The notes: generated from the letters alone by a model not told the origin. Positions 28,691 to 41,290 are shown, numbered from the whole stretch's first letter. The stretch: 63,779 nucleotides of DNA, filler included, from Octopus bimaculoides (GCF_001194135.2; 6 parts of 6 records of this genome joined end to end with filler, not necessarily neighbours in it), one strand, 5' to 3'. Numbers and translations are program-made.

Positions 28691-29324
28691 TTTTAATTTT
28701 TTTTCCCCCCTGGAATAAAGAAATTCAGATCTGAAAGGGTTAATGCGAAATTGAAAATAAAAAAACTATTCCCATTCACATTAAAACGAACAGTTTATAG
28801 ACCGATCTAGATTACTTTCCATTAGTGTTCGTTACAAGCGAAAATTAGAATAATAGTAATAGCAGAAATAGCCAGAAACCACAACTGGTCTACCGGTCCC
28901 GTCGCTAGGAAATGGTAGGGGTTCGCTCCCCTGCTCGTAATTATATCGAATGCAGCTGTGCATCGTTAACCAGCTAGAGGAGGTGTCCTCTTGGGGTTAA
29001 AAAATCGCAGTAGAGTTCGCTCGAACGGACGGTCATGTTAAAGTATCTACAAATACTACTTGTCAGTACAACTACTGCGTTGATCTCTTAGAGAGATTTT
29101 AGTACTAGTAATAGTAATGATATCCATATTTATCACGTCGTTCACAAACCGTAGACAAATATGGGTTGGAGCAACAGTATTACTAACCATTCTATGATTT
29201 TACCTGTATGTATGTCAGTATCTCTCAGCTGCTATTCTTTATTCTAGTCCCCATAAAACATGTTTACACCGTACTTCACAAGTATTTTTTACTGAAATTG
29301 GTGAAGGATGTAGTCTTTGTGTGA

Positions 29325-29364
<40 letters not shown>

Positions 29365-29546
29365 CTTCATTCTTCCCCTCGTGTTTATTTTCTCCTCTTT
29401 CTTTTAATGAATGCATACACGCGAAACGTTAAACCATTTCCATTTCTTTATGCGTTTAACTAATAACATTTTTATTGTATTTTATCCTGTCTTTCTCGTT
29501 AGTTTCATAGTCTTATATAAATACACGCACGCACGCGCGCGCGCAT

Positions 29547-29583
<37 letters not shown>

Positions 29584-29684
29584 AGCACGGATGTATGTGT
29601 GTATATGTGTGTGTATGTATGTATGTAGACACACTTTAATAGCCCATAACTGAATTTTCATTTTTTTTTTTTTATATTTAACCT

Positions 29685-30690
29685 ATGAAGGAAGCTACAC
29701 TAAAGTCTGGATACAGAAAATTTATAATAAAGTGCTACTGGAAATGCAATTGAAATGCTTAGACAGGTTAAGGGTACTTTCGAACATCAACCTACGCTAC
29801 TCACCGTCACACGAATTAGAGATGAATTTTAAGCAGTTAGAACTATTCAAAATGTCGACAAGGAATGTTTCGGAAAGCTGTGGACATCGACGAGCCCTAG
29901 AAAGTAAGAAGGGCTACTAGAGACCTAATGTTATAGTTCAAGAAAATCTGTAGGGCAAGCAATTCGTAAAAAAAGAATTTCAAAATCAAGCGTCCATTGC
30001 ATTTTCAAGTGTTCTTACTGGAAAAGTTACATCCCAAGTATAGTCCATGTTTTCAATGAAGATGACTCGGACTAGAGGGAGAGTATTGTGAATGGTACTT
30101 TGCAAGATGTATAGAAGATGCACATATTGCGACAAAGGGTGTCTGGAATGATGAAATTACATTTAAAATAAATGTTCTAATTAACTGCTTCACTCGCACT
30201 TACTGGGGACCTGACAATCTGCATATTACGTAGAAGCATCATGCTAATTTATTAGCAAGAAGATTGATCGAACCATTCTTTTGGATGGTCCAATTTACTT
30301 GTACTTACTGCGACAATCTGTCATAGCACGCATTCGAGATGACTTTGAGGATAAAAACTTTCATTCTCAACAAGATTGGACACACCCACTCTATTCTACG
30401 ATAGTAACATAAGGGCCTACTATAATGAGATTTTTTCCAAACAGTTGGATTGGATGAAGTAGTAGGATACCCTGCGGTTTCACTGGATCTCATACCACAA
30501 AACATTTTTCAAGGAGATACTTAAAGGATAAGGTCTACGGCAACAATCGACGAGCTGGGGATAAGCATTGAACGAGAATGTGCGCAAATACTTAATGAAA
30601 TGTTTCTTGATGTTTGCAAATCTTTTGTTTCGCGTTATGAGTAGTGCTTGGATTAGAGTAGTCGTCAGTTCGAAAACAGGTGTTCATTAA
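29685..30690 (+). pseudogene. Decayed full-length DD41D/rosa-like mariner transposase
   Basis: Across frameshifts: [89 protein letters not shown]. Confidence 0.8.
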
Positions 30691-30897
30691 GAAATTTAAT
30701 TAATTTTGTCTGCAGATTTTATCATATTTGGAAAATAAAATGTATTTTCATAAACACCGACTTTACAATCATTCAACGTGAATTTACATTTTTTTACCGT
30801 CCACATGAGCATGTAAACGTGCACACACAAACACACACACACACANNNNNNNNNNNNNNNNNNNNNNNNNNNNNNNNNNNNNNNNNNNNNNNNNNNN

Positions 30898-30931
<34 letters not shown>

Positions 30932-30937
30932 AATATA

Positions 30938-32214
30938 CAGAGGTTGGACAAAATAATGGAAACACCTTAAAATTTCAAACAAATTTATTTTAAGATGGGG
31001 TAGGACCGCCTTTGGCAGTAATTACAGCTTGAATTCTACGAGGTATGGACTCGTACATAGTTTGAATTGATTCCAAAAGAATTTTTGTCCATTCTTCAGC
31101 TGAAACAGTCTCCAGTTCTTGTAGTGATGATGGTGGAGGATATCGACTCATTACTTGTTTTTTCTAAAATGCACCATACATGTGCAATAATATTGAGATC
31201 TGGGGACTGTGATGGCCAGATAAGATGTTCAACTTCACTAGAATGTTCCTCGTGTAACAACTTTAGCCGTGTGAATTGGTGCATTATCATCCTGAAAGAT
31301 TGAGTTTCCCTCTGGAAACAGTTCCGCAACCATAGGATGAATTTGATCAGATAAAGTGCATAAATAGTCTTGACTATTAATTCTGCCATGTAGGGAAACT
31401 ATTGGCCGGTGGATTTCCAGGATATAGCCCCCCCCCCCCCAGATCATTACAGATCCTCCTCTGTGTTTAACAGTTGGAAGAAAGCAGTCTAGGTCAAATG
31501 CTTCTTTTGGCTGTCTCCACATGTATACTCGGCCGGTGGTCGGAAATAAGGTAAAGGATGTCTCGTCTGAGAAAATAACATTCTTCCACTGCTTTTAGTG
31601 ACCAATTCTGTGGGTGTTTAGTCCATTCTAAACGCTTTTCAATGTTTGTTTTGAAAATAGTGGTTTTCTGATTGCATCCCTCCTGTGAAATCTGACTTTG
31701 CGCAGCTCCGGGCGAACAGTTTTTGTGGAAACTGGGTTCTCGAGGTGGTCATTAAGCTCTGCAGTAAATTTGGGAGCTGTACTTTTGTGATCATTTCTAA
31801 CAATTCGCGTATGAGTCCGACGGTCCCTATCTGAAACTTTTGGTTTTCTTCCGGAGTTTTGTTTCGACGAGGAGGTTTTTCCCTCTTTCTCAAAGGATGC
31901 CATTACTTTCGAGACAGTACTTCTTGATACACCAAACATTTCGGCTGTTTTCGTTACGTTAGCGCAGACCATACAAGCACCAACAATTTGACTTCGTTGA
32001 AAGTCCGATAGATCTGTCATGTTAATCAATTTTAATTACCTTTTCCTGATGATATCTGAAAAGAAACAGCAATTTTAGCAAAACATATTAAGCAACGCTA
32101 ATAATAAATAAAAAAAAACATAAAAATAAACAAGCTTTTGACGGTTGTATAGATATCTTAAAATTATGATGCAATGATGCTAGGTGTTTCCATTAATTTG
32201 ACCAAACCCCTCTA
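30938..32214 (-). mobile_element. Full-length decayed Tc1-like (DD34E-type) transposon with TIRs and TA flanks
   Basis: TA|CAGAGGTTGGACAAAATAATGGAAACACCT vs AGGTGTTTCCATTAATTTGACCAAACCCCTCTA|TA; MTDLSDFQRSQIVG...GRKPK paired-like HTH; IFSDETSF, FQDDNAPIH, WPSQSPDLNII; frameshifted. Confidence 0.92.
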
Positions 32215-32223
32215 TATAGGTTA

Positions 32224-32255
32224 CTAGATGACATACCCGGCGTTGCTCGGGATTA
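32224..32255 (-). mobile_element. Helitron 3' terminus fragment
   Basis: Minus strand: CCCGAGCAACGCCGGG hairpin, 8 nt, then CTAG|T. Confidence 0.55.
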
Positions 32256-32279
32256 AAATGGGATAGTTTTTTTATTCTT

Positions 32280-32580
32280 TTATTTATTAGTCATGTGACT
32301 GCAGTCATGCTGGAGCACCGCCTTTAGGCGAACAAACCGACCTCAGAATTTATTCTGTATAAGCCTAGTATTTATTCTAATGGTGTCTTTTGCTGAACCG
32401 CTTATTTACGGGGACGTAAACACGCCAACATCGGTTGTCAAGCGATGGTTGGGGTACAAACACAGACGCATGCACACACACACAAATATACACAAATATA
32501 TACGGCGGTCTTACTTCAGTTTCCGTGTACGAAATCCGAAATCCACTCACAAGGTTTCGGTTGGCTTGAGCCTTCCCATT
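32280..32580 (-). mobile_element. Family B SINE
   Basis: GCAGTCATGCTGGAGCACCGCCTTTAG...TACGGGGACGTAAACAC.CCAACATCGGTTGTCAAGCGATGG. Confidence 0.8.
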
Positions 32581-33076
32581 CCTTCCCATCCCACCCCATC
32601 ACATCCCTTACACCCCACCCCTACACCCCACCCCNNNNNNNNNNNNNNNNNNNNNNNNNNNNNNNNNNNNNNNNNNNNNNNNNNNNNNNNNNNNNNNNNN
32701 NNNNNNNNNNNNNNNNNNNNNNNNNNNNNNNNNNNNNNNNNNNNNNNNNNNNNNNNNNNNNNNNNNNNNNNNNNNNNNNNNNNNNNNNNNNNNNNNNNNN
32801 NNNNNNNNNNNNNNNNNNNNNNNNNNNNNNNNNNNNNNNNNNNNNNNNNNNNNNNNNNNNNNNNNNNNNNNNNNNNNNNNNNNNNNNNNNNNNNNNNNNN
32901 NNNNNNNNNNNNNNNNNNNNNNNNNNNNNNNNNNNNNNNNNNNNNNNNNNNNNNNNNNNNNNNNNNNNNNNNNNNNNNNNNNNNNNNNNNNNNNNNNNNN
33001 NNNNNNNNNNNNNNNNNNNNNNNNNNNNNNNNNNNNNNNNNNNNNNNNNNNNNNNNNNNNNNNNNNNNNNNNNNNC

Positions 33077-33440
33077 AGTACGCAACTGGTACTTAATTTA
33101 TCGACCCCGAAAGGATGAAAGGCAAAGTCGACCTCGGCGGAATTTGAACTCAGAACGTAAAGACAGAGACGAAATACCACTAAGCATTTTGCCCGGCGTG
33201 CTAAGTTGATTTCTTTATTGCCCACAAGGGGCTAAACATAGAGGGGACAAACAAGGACAGACAAAAGGATTAAGTCGATTATATCGACCCAGAGCGCAAC
33301 TGGTACTTAATTTATCGACTTCGAAAGGATGAAAGGCAAAGTCGACCTCGGAGGAATTTGAACTCAGAACGTAAAGACACAAAATACCGCTAGGCATTTC
33401 GCCCGGCATGCCAAGTTTCTGCCAGCTCTTCGCCTTACTG
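33077..33440 (-). mobile_element. Two tandem, well-preserved family A SINEs
   Basis: Near-identical cores at 33085-33160 and 33298-33375. Confidence 0.9.
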
Positions 33441-34847
33441 TTTCATAAATATTAGCAAAATAAACGAGCTATATGTTTTCATAATATCTTAATGTATGAA
33501 CGTTTTTTTGAAAATAGAGCTTTTGACATGAAAGTAATATTCACTTAAATCTTAACGTTCCACTTTTAGAAATCATTTGAAATATGTTGAATGATATTCA
33601 AACCCTTTCTTTAAGAAGACATTATATCGTGCACACTGGCATTAAGACCCTTCATATAAAGAAACGTTTAGAATGTGATCTTTTTAATGTATCACGAGAA
33701 ATAAATTTAATGATACGAGCAGGACTTTCACTTAACACTTAAATATTTCAAACCACGTGGGGTTTACTTTCAAAGACTTCTATGGCTATTTTACACCGTC
33801 TGTGTTATTTCCCTCTGAAATCTGAAAATAGTTGAAATTCTGGCATAAAGTTTGCTATTTCGTCTTCAATTAAATTTATCGTATTTCATGCACTGTACAC
33901 AAAAATACATTGTTATCATAACTGTGTGAAATATATCACATGGTCTTCAAATCAAATCGCTAGATTCAAAGCTTTATAGAAACAGAAAGCAACTGGTTTG
34001 TCAACATTTCACACATACCTTTACCAAGATTTTACTAATAGTTCACACTTCTACGCTCAAATCCCGCAGAAATAGACTCTGCCTTTCATCCTTAGAATAC
34101 CAGACAGATACGAGGATCAGTTTAATCGACTAAGATTAACAAGGCTGATCTAGTGTATTTAGACTTAGCATTGTTGTATGGAATAGAGAGCGGCAGTTGA
34201 CAAACAGAAAAAGTACCTACAGAATGATATGGAGTGTTTAAACATATTATAGTGGCCTAACCATGACTATCTTTGACATCAAATTAGCAGAGTTGCTACA
34301 GCGTCGGATAAATAGCTCTGTGTCATTCGTTCCAGTGCTCTGGGATCAAATTCTGCCATGATCAAATTTACATCCCACTTTTTTTTTGGGGGGGGGGGAT
34401 TAAATAAACTACCAGTCCAATACTGGTGTCAACTTTCTTTCGTTTTGTAGTGAGACCCGGCTGAGATATGAACCATGGCTCTCAGATTTTTCTGAGGGTT
34501 ACGGTTCATATCTCAAATGGAAGAATTATCAGAGGAAAAGGGCATGGAAGGATTACAGGTCCTATTCTACTCTTTAGATTGAATATAAAAAAATTAAAAC
34601 ATGACTTGATAACTCCAAATCTGTTATTTACAGTATGCCGTGTTTAATGGCACATAGGACGAACTGCCAACTCAGAAATGTCTCAGAAAAATCACTGCGG
34701 GTCCTATGAGCGAAGTTGGTGCCGCCTATTAACTTTATGCCAGTCCAAAGCATTTTCATAAGTTTGTCACAGACTTCCGTGCTTGTCTTCAGACTTTTAC
34801 TTGAGTTTTGTTCTATACGTTTTGAGTAATATTCTGCTTTCCTTTGA

Positions 34848-35660
34848 GGCGGCAGGCTGGCAGAATCGTTAGCACGCTGAGCAAAATAGTTAGCGGCGTT
34901 TCATCCGTCTTCATGTTCTAAGTTCAAATTCCACCGAGGTCGACTTTGCCTTCCATCCTTTCGAGGTCGATAAAAAGAGTACTTGTTGATCACTAGGGCC
35001 AATGTGATCGACTTACCCCTTCCCCCGAATTTGCTGTCCCTGCGCCAAATTGTGAAATCAATATATTATAATGATTTTAAATTTGGGTACAAGGCCAGCA
35101 ATTTCGGGGGCGGAGGTAAGACAATTTTGTCGACCCCAAAAGGATGAAAGGCAAATTCGACCGCGGTGGAATTTGAACTCAAAATGTAAAGATAGACAAA
35201 ATACTGCTAAGGATTTTGTCCGGCGTGCTAACGATTCCTTTCTACTCTAGGCACAAGGCTCGAAATTTTGGGGGAGGGGGGAGCAGTCGATTAGATCGNN
35301 NNNNNNNNNNNNNNNNNNNNNNNNNNNNNNNNNNNNNNNNNNNNNNNNNNNNNNNNNNNNNNNNNNNNNNNNNNNNNNNNNNNNNNNNNNNNNNNNNNNN
35401 NNNNNNNNNNNNNNNNNNNNNNNNNNNNNNNNNNNNNNNCTTATTTCTTTACTGCCCACAAGGGGCTACACACAGAGGGGACAAACAAACGGATTAAGTC
35501 GATTATATCGACCCCAGTGCGTAACTGGTACTTAATTTATTGATCCCGAAAGGATAAAAGGCAAAGTCGACCTCGGCGGAATTTGAACTCAGAACGTAAC
35601 GGCAGACGAAATACCGCTAAGCATTTCGCCCGGCATGTTAACGTTTCTGCCAAGTTCACC
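34848..35660. mobile_element. Family A SINE cluster: one plus copy (34848-35070) followed by minus copies
   Basis: Head and core motifs in both orientations. Confidence 0.8.
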
Positions 35661-35984
35661 ACGTTATATCAGTATATTATAATGATTTCATCGTATCTTT
35701 TCCTGGAAACGATGACTATGTACATAATCCTCCTACGATCAGCCTTTGCATTCACTTCTCATCTCATCGTTGTAACAATAGATTCTTGTCTCTCAAGTTC
35801 TCGTACTGCACCTTAGTACTTTGCCTAATGCTTCTATTAAAGCATTTTTTTTGTATGTGGGGGAGGAGGGGAAGTTTGTGTGAATGCGTGTGAAAATGTC
35901 TCCTTATATTTCCTTCTCAAACATTAACCAACGAGAATTCAAATTCTTCTTTTAAAAAAAAACATAAATAGTTATTTCTACGCC

Positions 35985-36240
35985 CAGGTATGGCAGTATG
36001 ATTACGAAGATCGCTTTGCAACCATGTAGCTTCGGGTTCAGTCCCATTGCGCGACATATTGGCAAATGTCTTTTACTATAGACCCGGACCGACTAGTGCA
36101 TTGAGTTTCGTTGACGGAAACTGTGGAAGTCCGCTGTATATCATGTATGCGTGTGTATGTGTGTTTATTCGACTAAAACCCTTCAAGGCATTGCCCCAGT
36201 ATGGCTGCAATCAAATGATTGAAACAAGTAAATGATAAAA
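35985..36240 (+). mobile_element. Family B SINE
   Basis: GGGTTCAGTCCCA.TGCG...GACGGAAACTG..GAAG.CCG-(TG)n-CGACTAAAACCCTTCAAGGC...GAAACAAGTAAA. Confidence 0.7.
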
Positions 36241-37346
36241 ATGTAAAGATTCCGAGAAGATGATTAAACCCCATTAACCCCCACATCACCCCTACATTTC
36301 TTTATCACTCACACTGCAAGAAACCTCTTCCACGTCTACATCTGTAACACAACAGTCGCCATACATACTATTTATGTTTCATAAATAGAAAAGAAAAGAA
36401 AAGAAAAGAGAAAGAAGCGTAGTTCCAATAGTAATCGAACACCAACTGGTTAAATGTAACAGGAGAACCTCATGATTAATAAATTTTATTTTTGGTGGTT
36501 ATGAATTAGACAGTTTAAATCAGAGGACGGGCCAGATGTCACGACATGATTTAATTTTATTATACAGTTCTGAAGGCTGACTCATTCTTTTCATTATCTG
36601 GCTGTGCTGTGTTTAACAGAAAAAACGTTTAATTATCGAATCATCCATTTGTAAAAAGGCACAACATGGGCGGTTGGAGTGCTTTAAGTTATTGGGTGTA
36701 TTTATTGTTGTGGTGTTATTTTTGTCTCATCTTTTTTTTTTTTTTGTAGGACTAGGTTAAATTCTTCTTATGGGAAAATTTTGTACGTAGACTGGCGTCC
36801 TGTCCAGACATAAAACTGTCTCGCAACAGTTCAAAGCTTAAAAATTGCACACACACACACACACACACAAATATGTATGTATGTATGTATGCGTATATGC
36901 ATGTATGATTATACATATATGTGTGTGTATGTGTGTGTGTTTGTATATATATATTTGTATGTATGTATGTATGTATGTATATGCAACCAGCAAGAGATGG
37001 TCAAATTATCGAGTCGGGGAGATTTGCTAGAAACAGCAGGGATACATTAAATAATGTCATAAATACACTGCCTCTGCAAAAAAAAAAAAAAGTGGGAAGT
37101 GGGGGTGGAATGATTACTAGCGGAATGCCTCTAATCAAAGATCTGCTTAATGAAACTTAATGTGCTAGCTAAAAAAAAAGAAAGAAAGAAAAAAAAACGT
37201 AATTACAGCGATGGACCGACCCTCTTCCCATGAAAACAGCTCTGTCTTAAACATTAATACGAAACAGTCATTCTTAGAATTAACGAATATATGAATTACA
37301 CTAGATATTTTTTATTGTATCAATTCTTCATTCTGACTTTCTGTAC

Positions 37347-37560
37347 AAGGTGGTGAGCTGGCAGAAACGTTAGTTCGCCGGGCGACATGCTTAGTGGTAT
37401 TTCGTGTGTCTTTACGTTCTCAGTTCAAATTCCACCGAGGTCAACTTTTGCTTTTCATCCTTTCGGGGTCGATAAATTAAGTACCAGTTGCGCACTGGGG
37501 TCGATCTAATCGACTGGCCCCTCCCCCAAAATTTCGGGCCTTGTGCCTAGAGTAGAAATG
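37347..37560 (+). mobile_element. Family A SINE, well preserved
   Basis: GGTGGTGAGCTGGCAGAAACGTTAG...GTTCAAATTCCACCGAGGTCAAC...GTCGATCTAATCGACTGGCCCCTCCCCCAAAATTTCGGGCCTTGTGCC. Confidence 0.9.
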
Positions 37561-37792
37561 AATATTTGTCTGTTCTCTCTATTTATTTTGGAGTCACTGG
37601 GTATTTTGGGCTTTATAACATACAATCATTCACCTTCAACCAAGCGACCCAACTTAGACTGATCACAGGTCTCGGCTTGAATACATGTGATAGTCATATT
37701 CTACTGACTCTATCGGCCAACCTATTTTAGCCAGAGCCATCTAGATGCATTCTCTTGTGTCTCCATGTTGTTCTTAATGACTCTTGCGTAGC

Positions 37793-38115
37793 CACTAGCG
37801 TAGCTGGGGTGGGGGTGGATAGGGGCGGCACTTTTGGGTCTGCTGTAGGCAATATGTGCTTTTGTGGGGTCCAGGGGTGGCAAACGGAAGGGCCGCCTCG
37901 GGCGGTACACACTCTAGCTACGTTCGTGTGCGTAGTTAGAGTGTATGCCGTCCGGGACAGCCGGTGTTTGCTTCCGCCCTCTTTACGCTTATACAGGCTT
38001 ATAAAGTGGAGTCTGCTGCATACTAGCTTATACAGCAGATCCAAATGCGCTGCTCCCATAGAAGCGTCGCCCAACGCAGAAGGCGCAACTTACCTCCCTC
38101 CTAGCTACGCTGCTG
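37793..38115. mobile_element. GC-rich hAT-like MITE
   Basis: CACTAGCGTAGCTGGGG ... CCTCCTAGCTACGCTGCTG imperfect TIRs; no 8-bp TSD visible. Confidence 0.4.
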
Positions 38116-38804
38116 TCCTGTTCACCCTCGTAATGCTTTGTGTTCCAAAGACCTACTGAGGGAACAACCTACAAACTCTTGTCTGCTCGCCTTTACTGGC
38201 ATGCATCTAGTCACCCACCCAATTCTGTAGCAGTCCTACATTAACTTCTAGTACATTGCCCTTTGTTTCTGTTCTGTCTATGTTCCTTTCTTTCTGTTTA
38301 CCAATCGTATATCAAACAGAATGACATCTTGAGCATTTACAATCCTACCATCGCCGCCCCCAAATTGTCAGGAATGAGAAGAGGAGTGGAAGACGCATGA
38401 AATATTGTCGTTCTCAAAAGGCACAATGTGCAACGTTTTAAGTTCGGAATTATAAATAAAGCCAGCTCATAAAGTGTAGAGTTTTCAAAAACGTTCAGTA
38501 CGGCTTTAAGACAAAATCCACTCTAATTTGTATTGTTTGTTTCCAACAAATTTCGATCAACTGATCATAGTAGAGTTTTCTCGCTTGCTTGTTGATTTTT
38601 AACTTTTATACTCTCCCTAGAGAGGCAATTTGTTAATAAATTTCTTTTGTTATCTTAGTCGATCAAAATGTTCAACTCATTCTGATATTCAACTGAGATT
38701 ACTGAATAGTCAGTCGTATGGTCGATTAAACCAATACGTACACACACATACATGCACAAGAATTTGTAAACTCTCGATATATTCTTTTTTTGGAATATCT
38801 CAAA

Positions 38805-38889
38805 GCACGAAGATGTCTACAAGAGATGTGGGTTCCAGTCCCACGAGTAGCCTTCGACATTTTCTATCCAAAACGGTTTTTCAACCTAA
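38805..38889 (+). mobile_element. Right half of the tRNA-cassette MITE
   Basis: T-arm GTGGGTTCCAGTCCCAC plus TIR AGCCTTCGACATTTTCTATCCAAAACGGTTTTTCAACCTAA|TA. Confidence 0.75.
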
Positions 38890-39146
38890 TATTTACAGGC
38901 TTGTTAGGAGGTGAGCAGAATCGTTAGCACGCCGAGGAAAATGCTTAGCAGCATTTCGTCCGTCTTTCAGTAGGGTAAATTATGTCTTTTGAAATTCACT
39001 TTCATTTCTGCTTGACCAGATCCTCTGTGTGCATGTGTGTGTGTGTAATACATTATATGTAAAAGGCTACTAATTCTAGTTCTCCAAGTTTCATGTTTCC
39101 GATTATGCAGCTTCTTTTACGGTTGAAATTATTTGTTGCTTGAATA

Positions 39147-39364
39147 CAGTAATCCCTCGATTTTTGCGGATGTTACGTTCCAACCCGCGATAGATCGGAA
39201 TCCGCGAAATAGAAACAGTACTGTACTGTATATTTTTAAAATTATTTTTTATAATTTGTATATATTTATTTTATTATAAATGCAAAACAACACCACAGAG
39301 GAATCGACGCAATCTTAAATGATAAACCGCAATAGGTGAATGGTGATATGACGTGGAATTACTG
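39147..39364. mobile_element. pogo/Tigger-like MITE
   Basis: TA|CAGTAATCCCTCG ... CGTGGAATTACTG|TA: TIRs with TA TSD. Confidence 0.65.
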
Positions 39365-39914
39365 TACATGGGAAGACGATTTAGGTGAACGATTTGGGAC
39401 AGGACGAGAAAGAATACATTATAACTGGCAATGTATAACAATATCCAAATGTTGACACAGTTGATATGAAAATTATGAAAGAACGCTTCTATTTGTTTGT
39501 TTTAAACAACCATTGACAGCAATATGTGCAAAATCAATTGTTTCAAGCTTACGTTTTTTATTTCATGTCTGGCTCTCGCATGAATACTCCAAATGTTATA
39601 AGCTTCAGACAAGCAATGTCATTCTAAGAACCGTCCACATGAAACTCCGTTGTTGCTTAAGTCATATATTTAAATGATATTTTAAATATTTTTAAATATT
39701 GTTAATTATAATATCTATAAAATGTATTTAAAAATGTAATGCATGCATGTGTTTTTAAAATGTGATTTATTTTTCCTAATATATGAGTTATTTTACTTTT
39801 CTCCAATTTTCATACATTTCAAAATATCGTTGACGGCACAAGAAATTATAAATTTTCGAGAGAATGTGAAATAATTCTTATTTGGAATTCGTTCTCGGAG
39901 TACATATTTAAAGA

Positions 39915-40245
39915 CTACCCCACTCGATTATGAATGACCATGGGATTGCACCCAGAAAGTTACCCACCGAGACACAAGTCCGGGCAAGGTTGTTTATGGA
40001 AGACCAGCAGTCGCCCATGCATACCAACCTCCCCTCTCCACGCCACGATGTGATCCAAGGGCAAAAACCACACAGCTTGGCACCAGTGACGTCGCAACTT
40101 ATTTCTACAGCTGAGTGGAGTGGAGCAACATGAAATAAAGTGTCTTGCTCAAGAGCATAACATACAGCCCGGTCCAGGAATCGAACTCACTACCTCATGA
40201 TTGTAAGCCCGACGCGCTAACCTCTAAGTTATGCTCTTTCACCAG
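39915..40245 (-). mobile_element. tRNA-derived SINE sharing the family C head and central domain, with a different tail
   Basis: GGAGCAACATGAAATAAAGTGTCTTGCTCAAG...GGAATCGAACTCAC; same family at 44760-45015 and 49940-50225. Confidence 0.75.
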
Positions 40246-40268
40246 TAGATATAAAGCTATAATTAATA

Positions 40269-40414
40269 TTGGGTTGAAAAACCCTTTTGGATAGGAAAAG
40301 TCGAAGGCTTCCCGTGGTACAGTAGTAGACCGCATGGCCTATCTACAAGTGTTGTGGGTTCGTGTCCCATGAGCAGCCTTCGATTTTTCCTTTCCAGAAA
40401 GGTTTTTCAACCAA
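40269..40414 (+). mobile_element. 146-bp mariner-type MITE enclosing a 73-nt tRNA-Arg-like cassette
   Basis: TA|TTGGGTTGAAAAACCCTTTTGGATAGGAAAAGTCGAAGGCT ... AGCCTTCGATTTTTCCTTTCCAGAAAGGTTTTTCAACCAA|TA; A box about 40315-40326, B box and T-arm 40354-40370. Confidence 0.75.
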
Positions 40415-40741
40415 TATCTACATGCTATTATTTATAGCATATGTATATCGAGAACCAACTCTCCGTCACTCGCAAATATTCCAACTATATTTAAACAACA
40501 AACAACTCAAGGCTCGGATTAACAGCTGAACAAATAGAAACGGGAAACTAGGAGCTATTCAATTATAATGTATTTAAGAATACTCTGCATTTCCACATTG
40601 TGTTCTGTAATTTATCACTTCTCGATGAACCAAAAGAAATATATGTGTGTCTATAAACGGATTGGCACCGAAAAATGCTGCAACTAATAATAAATATGAG
40701 CTAAATTCATTCTCCGTCTTCATATATGTTACGTTTCATAT

Positions 40742-40935
40742 GGGCGGCGAGCTGGCAGAATCGTTGGCTGGCGGAATTTCTTCCGTTTTTGCGTTCTGAG
40801 TTCAAATTCCGCCGAGATCGACTTTGCCTTTCAGCCCTTTTTAGGATCGATAAAATAATTTACTTGTTGAACACTGGGATCGATGTAATTGACTAGCGCC
40901 CTCTCACAAAATTTTAGGACCTGTGTCTATAGTAA
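40742..40935 (+). mobile_element. Family A SINE
   Basis: GGGCGGCGAGCTGGCAGAATCGTT...GAGTTCAAATTCCGCCGAG.TCGACTTTGCC. Confidence 0.85.
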
Positions 40936-41099
40936 AAAAGGATCATATGCTACTTTTTGTAAGACTTACACGCGATTTTTACCAGTGACGTATCTACAGT
41001 TTCCACTCTGGTGAATCTTGAGTATTTTCTCAAAGTTCCAATTCTAGAGTATAGGTAACCAACGAATACTGTACAGGAAAATACACTGAGGATCTACAC

Positions 41100-41290
41100 A
41101 ATGTATAAGATTAATACAGAAGACGGAGTGTAACAAGAAGCATTTATTTATTATAATAACAATCGTTTCAGCTTCATATTACACTGCTTCCTACTCGGCG
41201 TGGAACGATGCAATAACACCAGATGCAACGCATAGTGCAAAAGAGCCTCTTCGGGTTACATAAGATGCTTCACGAGATTTACATTTCAAT
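41100..41290 (-). mobile_element. Possible Penelope-like pseudo-LTR fragment
   Basis: Minus strand: AGC-loop-GCT GAAACG hammerhead-like remnant followed by AATAAATGCTTCTTG. Confidence 0.3.

Noticed and set aside
40306-40378. Functional tRNA-Arg gene
   Set aside because: The anticodon stem does not pair and the D arm is degenerate; kept only as a tRNA-like cassette.
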